The position numbers were made by a program, and so were the translations under genes. A stretch of DNA of 30,309 bases from Acidobacteriota bacterium. Lineage in GTDB: Bacteria; Actinomycetota; Acidimicrobiia; Spongiisociales; UBA5794. The notes under the pieces are model-generated. The model ran no database searches, was not told the origin of the DNA, and saw only the letters and a list, made by a program, of their open reading frames with translations. The DNA lies in assembly GCA_022574065.1 (NCBI GenBank), contig JACZST010000002.1:1-30309 (forward strand), written 5' to 3'. This document shows, in pieces, positions 26,733-30,309 of this stretch (positions within the stretch are counted from its first letter, which is position 1; every line of letters begins with the position of its first letter).

Positions 26733-27638
26733 TCATGCTGCTCGTTCCTGGGCGGCTCGGTCGGCGAGAATCTGCTCGTAGGTGACGGGGGGCTGCATCT
26801 CGCAGCTGCTGTGGCGGCGCTGGTGGTTGTAGCGGTCGATGAACTCCGCTACCTCGCGGCGGGCCTGGGCTTTGGTGGCGAAATGCCGGCGTGAGAGCAG
26901 CTCCCATTCGAGGGTGGAGTTGAAACTTTCCGAGGCTGCGTTGTCCAGTGCGGATCCGACCCGGCCCATCGACTGGACCACACCCAACGCCTCACATGCT
27001 TTGGCGAAGGTGGTACCGGTGTACTCGCCTCCTTTGTCGCTGTGAAAGATCACACCGGCAACGTTGCCGCCGCGCACCGCAGCCGCCATACACAACGCGG
27101 CTTTGGCCAGCTCGGCGTCGTGGTGGGAACCAATCGCGAACCCCGGGAGCCGGCGCGAGGCCAGGTCCTTGACGGTCGCCAAATACAGTTTGCCCTCATC
27201 GGTGGGGATCTCGGTCAAGTCCCCGCACCACTTCTGGTCGATCCCCTTCGCGTTGAAGTCACGTTTAACCAGGTCAGGGACCGGCGCCGCGGCCTTATCG
27301 GGGCGGGTCAAGCCCCGTCGTTTGCGTTTCGGGGACCGGCCATAGAGGCCTTGGCGGGCCATCGACTCGGCCACCGTGTTCACCGACACCACCCACCCGT
27401 CTTCGACCAGGTCCTCGAACACCCTCGGTGACCCATAGGTCCCCGGCGTCCCCCCAGAATCGTCAAAGGATTCCTTCACCGCCTCATCGAGACGACTCCG
27501 GCGGGCCTGGCGTGGTGTCGGCGGGCGATCCCGCCACTTATAAAACGTCGAGGGCGGCACATCGAGAGCCCGGCAAGCCGCCGCGTGGGGGACACCATGG
27601 TCGGTCCTCTGGGCGGCGATAAACGATGCCACGATCAT
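26733..27638 (-). CDS. IS3 OrfB transposase (DDE)
   Basis: [38 protein letters not shown] and YNHQRRHS, with D-D-E intact. ATG 27638 overlaps the orfA stop (ATGA). Confidence 0.93.
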   Translation of the reverse strand: MIVASFIAAQRTDHGVPHAAACRALDVPPSTFYKWRDRPPTPRQARRSRLDEAVKESFDDSGGTPGTYGSPRVFEDLVEDGWVVSVNTVAESMARQGLYGRSPKRKRRGLTRPDKAAAPVPDLVKRDFNAKGIDQKWCGDLTEIPTDEGKLYLATVKDLASRRLPGFAIGSHHDAELAKAALCMAAAVRGGNVAGVIFHSDKGGEYTGTTFAKACEALGVVQSMGRVGSALDNAASESFNSTLEWELLSRRHFATKAQARREVAEFIDRYNHQRRHSSCEMQPPVTYEQILADRAAQERAA

Positions 27639-27925
27639 CGTGTCGCCTCTTTTACCCAAAGGACCACTGAACGCTTGAGGACATCACGCTCCATTCGCAG
27701 CTCGGCGTTCTCGCTCTCGAGGAACACCAGACGAGCCCGCTCGTCGACGGTGAGGCCCTCAGCCTCGCCACGCTCGATGCGGTCCCTCTTCAACCAGTTC
27801 CCCAGGGTGCCGGCGTTGATTCCCAAATCCCGAGCCACCACCGCTATCGGCTTGTTGGTCTCCCGGACAATCCGGACAGCTCCCTCACGAAACTCCGGGT
27901 CATACTTTCTACGTAACTCTGACAT
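27635..27925 (-). CDS. IS3 OrfA
   Basis: [18 protein letters not shown]...[15 protein letters not shown]...[14 protein letters not shown], with GAGGAG ribosome-binding site. Confidence 0.93.
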   Translation of the reverse strand: MSELRRKYDPEFREGAVRIVRETNKPIAVVARDLGINAGTLGNWLKRDRIERGEAEGLTVDERARLVFLESENAELRMERDVLKRSVVLWVKEATR

Positions 27926-28128
27926 GACATCTCCTCATAGTGGAAGTCTCCACACTTTGAGGGGATACCCGGTCGAGTGAACATCGCTCGACGGAGGCTC
28001 CCGGAACTCGTGGCCCTACCTTCCGATCCGCTCCGGCACGCCTGCAGCCACAAATCGATTCTCCCCACGGAGGATGCCTCTCGCCTATATGATCGCCACG
28101 AGCCGATGCCACCCCGCTCCCCTTCCCT

Positions 28129-28755
28129 GTGACAGAACTCGATGCCTCCCTTATTCGGATGCCCCTGATTGGGATCCTCCGCGGCTGTCCGGTGCAATAC
28201 GTTAATGCCATGGCGACCGCCGCAGAGGCCGCCGGGCTCACTGCTCTGGAAGTCACGCTCGACTCAGCGGACCCCTTCGGCGCAATTCGGTCCCTGGCCC
28301 AGAACCACCCGAACATGTCGGTTGGCGCCGGGACGGTGCGGTCGGTGCGTGAGGTCGCTGACGCGGTGGAGGCAGGAGCACGGTTCATAGTCTCACCCCA
28401 CTTCGACCCAAAGGTGGTCGCCGCGGCCTTAGCGGCTGGTGTGGTTTCTGTGCCAGGCGCCGCGACCCCGACCGAGGTGTTGCGAGCAGCAGACAGCGGA
28501 GCAGAACTGGTGAAACTGTTCCCCGCTCGCGAACTAGGAGGTCCCGAATTCGTGAAGGCCATCCGCAGGCCTCTCGGAGAACCCGCACTCGTGCCAACCG
28601 GGGGAGTCGATGTCTCGAACGCCGCTGCCTTCCTGAAGGCGGGCTCGACTGCCCTGGGCGTCGGGGGCGCTGTATTCCCGCAGGCTGCCCTCGATTCTGG
28701 TGACACCGCCGAGGTTGAGCATCGATGCCGCATCCTCATCTCGGCGATCCAGTGA
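28129..28755 (+). CDS. eda: KDPG/KHG aldolase
   Basis: LIGILRG, LEVTL, VGAGTV, GARFIVSP, PGAATPTE, VKLFPA (Schiff-base Lys) and PTGGV. Confidence 0.92.
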   Translation: MTELDASLIRMPLIGILRGCPVQYVNAMATAAEAAGLTALEVTLDSADPFGAIRSLAQNHPNMSVGAGTVRSVREVADAVEAGARFIVSPHFDPKVVAAALAAGVVSVPGAATPTEVLRAADSGAELVKLFPARELGGPEFVKAIRRPLGEPALVPTGGVDVSNAAAFLKAGSTALGVGGAVFPQAALDSGDTAEVEHRCRILISAIQ

Positions 28756-28756
28756 G

Positions 28757-29590
28757 TTATGACCTCGTCACGCTCCGAGGGAGGTCCGAACGTGTCGATG
28801 GAGCACCGACCGACAGCCCCCCTCCGACGATGCGATCGATGGCGGCGACACGGGCCGAACTTCGGCCAAGCGACGCAGTGAGCGTGTCGAGGGCGTCTCC
28901 CCGATCCTGGTGGGTGAGATGAGTGCACTGTTCGTCGCCGGGTTCGGGGTTGGCGAGGTAGAGGGTGTTGGCCTGGCGGCCTCGGCTCATCGCGACGTAG
29001 GCCCATTCCCGGTCGGCGCTTCCGCCAATGATCGTGAAGGTGCGGCCGGTGGTGACGCCTTGGGCTTTGTGGCCGGTGAGGGCGTAGCCATGGTCGACGT
29101 GGTCTTGGTCGAGGTACCAGGCGGGCAGCTCCCGGATCTCGGGGTCACGGTACTGCGGGGCCCCGGCACAGCCGATGGCGAGCACGCCTTGCTCGTTGGC
29201 GGCGCGGGCTGTAGGACCACCGACGTCGAAGTCACAGGACGTGATGATGATGTCGGCGCCGGCCTCGATAGCCTCGATAGCCGCCGACTCGAGCAGCGCG
29301 AAGTCGGTCTTGTGGTCAATGACTATGATCTCGATCTGCCTGCCCAGGATCCCGCCAGCCGCGTTGATCTCGGCCACCGCCAGCTCCACGCCCTGCAGCA
29401 CTGGAATGTCGAAGAGCGACATGAAGCCGGTCTGGCCGGACACCACCCCCAGCACGAGCGGCTCCTGGTCGCCGCCCCCTTGCGTCGTAGTGGTGGTCGT
29501 GTCTGCAGCGTCGTTGTCTCCGCAGGCCGCGGTCACCAACGCCAGCGCGAGCACGGCACCGAGCACCTTCGTCTGGGCCTATATGCTCAT
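28757..29590 (-). pseudogene. Chimeric ORF: LivK-type ABC substrate-binding lipoprotein N-terminus fused in frame to the C-terminus of a MobF/TraA-type relaxase-helicase
   Basis: The N-terminal part has lipobox LVTAAC, GVELAVAEINAAGGILGRQIEIIVID and IITSCDFDVG. After ...GAPQY (about 29150) it switches to ELPAWYLDQDHVDHGYALTGHKAQGVT...REWAYVAMSRGR (SF1 helicase motifs V and VI). ATG 29590 follows GGAGG. Confidence 0.8.
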
Positions 29591-29592
29591 GT

Positions 29593-30309
29593 TTATTCCT
29601 CCAATAGTGTTTCGGCCGCCTTGGCGGTGATCGCCTCAAGGACAGCCTCGGGTGTGATGGGAATAGTGTCGAAGGGCGCCCCGATCGCTTCACTGACCGC
29701 GTTGGCGATCACAGCTGCAGGGAGCAGAACGGGAGCCTCGCCGACGCCCTTTGCGCCGAAGGGGCCATCGGGATCTGGATGCTCCAAAGGATAGAACTCC
29801 ACCCGGGGTATGTCGACGGCTAGTGGGAGTCGATAACTCTCCAACGACCGTTCCTGATAACGGCCGTCCTCCCCGATGCGAAGACTCTCGTACAGCGTAT
29901 AGCCGATCCCCTGAGTGACGCCGCCAGCGACCTGACCATAGGTCCCCGACGGGCTGATCACCTTGCCGACCTCCTGGGCCACGATGTACCTCGTCACCGC
30001 GACCCGGCCAGTCACAGGATCAACCGCGACCTCCGCCAGATGGACGTGGTAGGTGGGCGTGGGGAACGAAGGGAACATGAGGCCGGTAGCACATCCCGGG
30101 TTGAAATCGGGGAAAGGGGTCACGAACGAGCCGGTTCCCTGGATAGGCCCAATCGTCCACGTTGCCGCCGCCGCCACCTCGGCGAGGGACAGGCCACTGT
30201 CGGGGGAACCAATCACTGCAACCCTCCCGTCGGCGACGACGATGTCCTCTGCGGCGGCCTCCAGGAGGTCGGCAGCAACACTCTTGATCTTCTCGATCAC
30301 CTCATCGGC
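29593..30309 (-). CDS. Second xanthine dehydrogenase-family Mo-binding subunit, C-terminal part (5' end outside the window)
   Basis: HLAEVAVDPVTG, GQVAGGVTQGIG, GAKGVGEAP and IPITPEAVL. The frame is open to the window edge. Confidence 0.92.
   Translation of the reverse strand, partial: ADEVIEKIKSVAADLLEAAAEDIVVADGRVAVIGSPDSGLSLAEVAAAATWTIGPIQGTGSFVTPFPDFNPGCATGLMFPSFPTPTYHVHLAEVAVDPVTGRVAVTRYIVAQEVGKVISPSGTYGQVAGGVTQGIGYTLYESLRIGEDGRYQERSLESYRLPLAVDIPRVEFYPLEHPDPDGPFGAKGVGEAPVLLPAAVIANAVSEAIGAPFDTIPITPEAVLEAITAKAAETLLEE

Larger units (their letters stand above)
26611..27971 (-). mobile_element. Intact IS3-family element, 1361 bp, with 4-bp target duplication
   Basis: Imperfect inverted repeats TGGGCTTCCCCTCGAATCGTGGAG (from 26611) and CGGGTATCCCCTCAAAGTGTGGAG (minus strand from 27971). 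GTCG is duplicated at 26607-26610 and 27972-27975. Confidence 0.92.

Noticed and set aside
1-30309. CRISPR arrays, tRNA/rRNA genes, defence systems, phage genes
   Set aside because: No regularly spaced repeats, RNA-gene signatures or relevant protein motifs were seen, and nearly all sequence is explained by the listed features.

Overview
GC-rich bacterial DNA, probably actinobacterial and Acidimicrobiia-like (inferred from F420-type LLM enzymes, Thr/Pro-linker lipoproteins and IS6110-like ends). Bases 1-~4500 are a graveyard of dead insertion sequences: an IS30 inserted into an IS3, which abuts a second IS3-type end, then a truncated DapA-family gene and a decayed IS1380. Bases ~4500-30309 hold an apparently intact, GntR-associated catabolic island for an unidentified substrate. 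It encodes a Dpp/Opp-type ABC importer, two LLM oxidoreductases, an M24 hydrolase, a ThrC-like PLP enzyme, two unusual SDR paralogues and two NTF2/SnoaL proteins. It also encodes DUF917, a hydantoinase/oxoprolinase, a three-subunit xanthine-dehydrogenase-family enzyme plus a second large subunit, a KdgK-like kinase, an aminotransferase and Eda. The most notable observations are these. (1) One SDR carries a reciprocal Asn/Lys swap in its catalytic tetrad. (2) An in-frame chimera joins an ABC substrate-binding lipoprotein to a relaxase-helicase C-terminus. (3) Three promoters share a 10-bp motif. (4) An intact IS3 with a 4-bp target duplication sits in the -35 region of the transporter promoter. 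No rRNA, tRNA or CRISPR array was seen. All calls come from manual motif reading; no searches were run.
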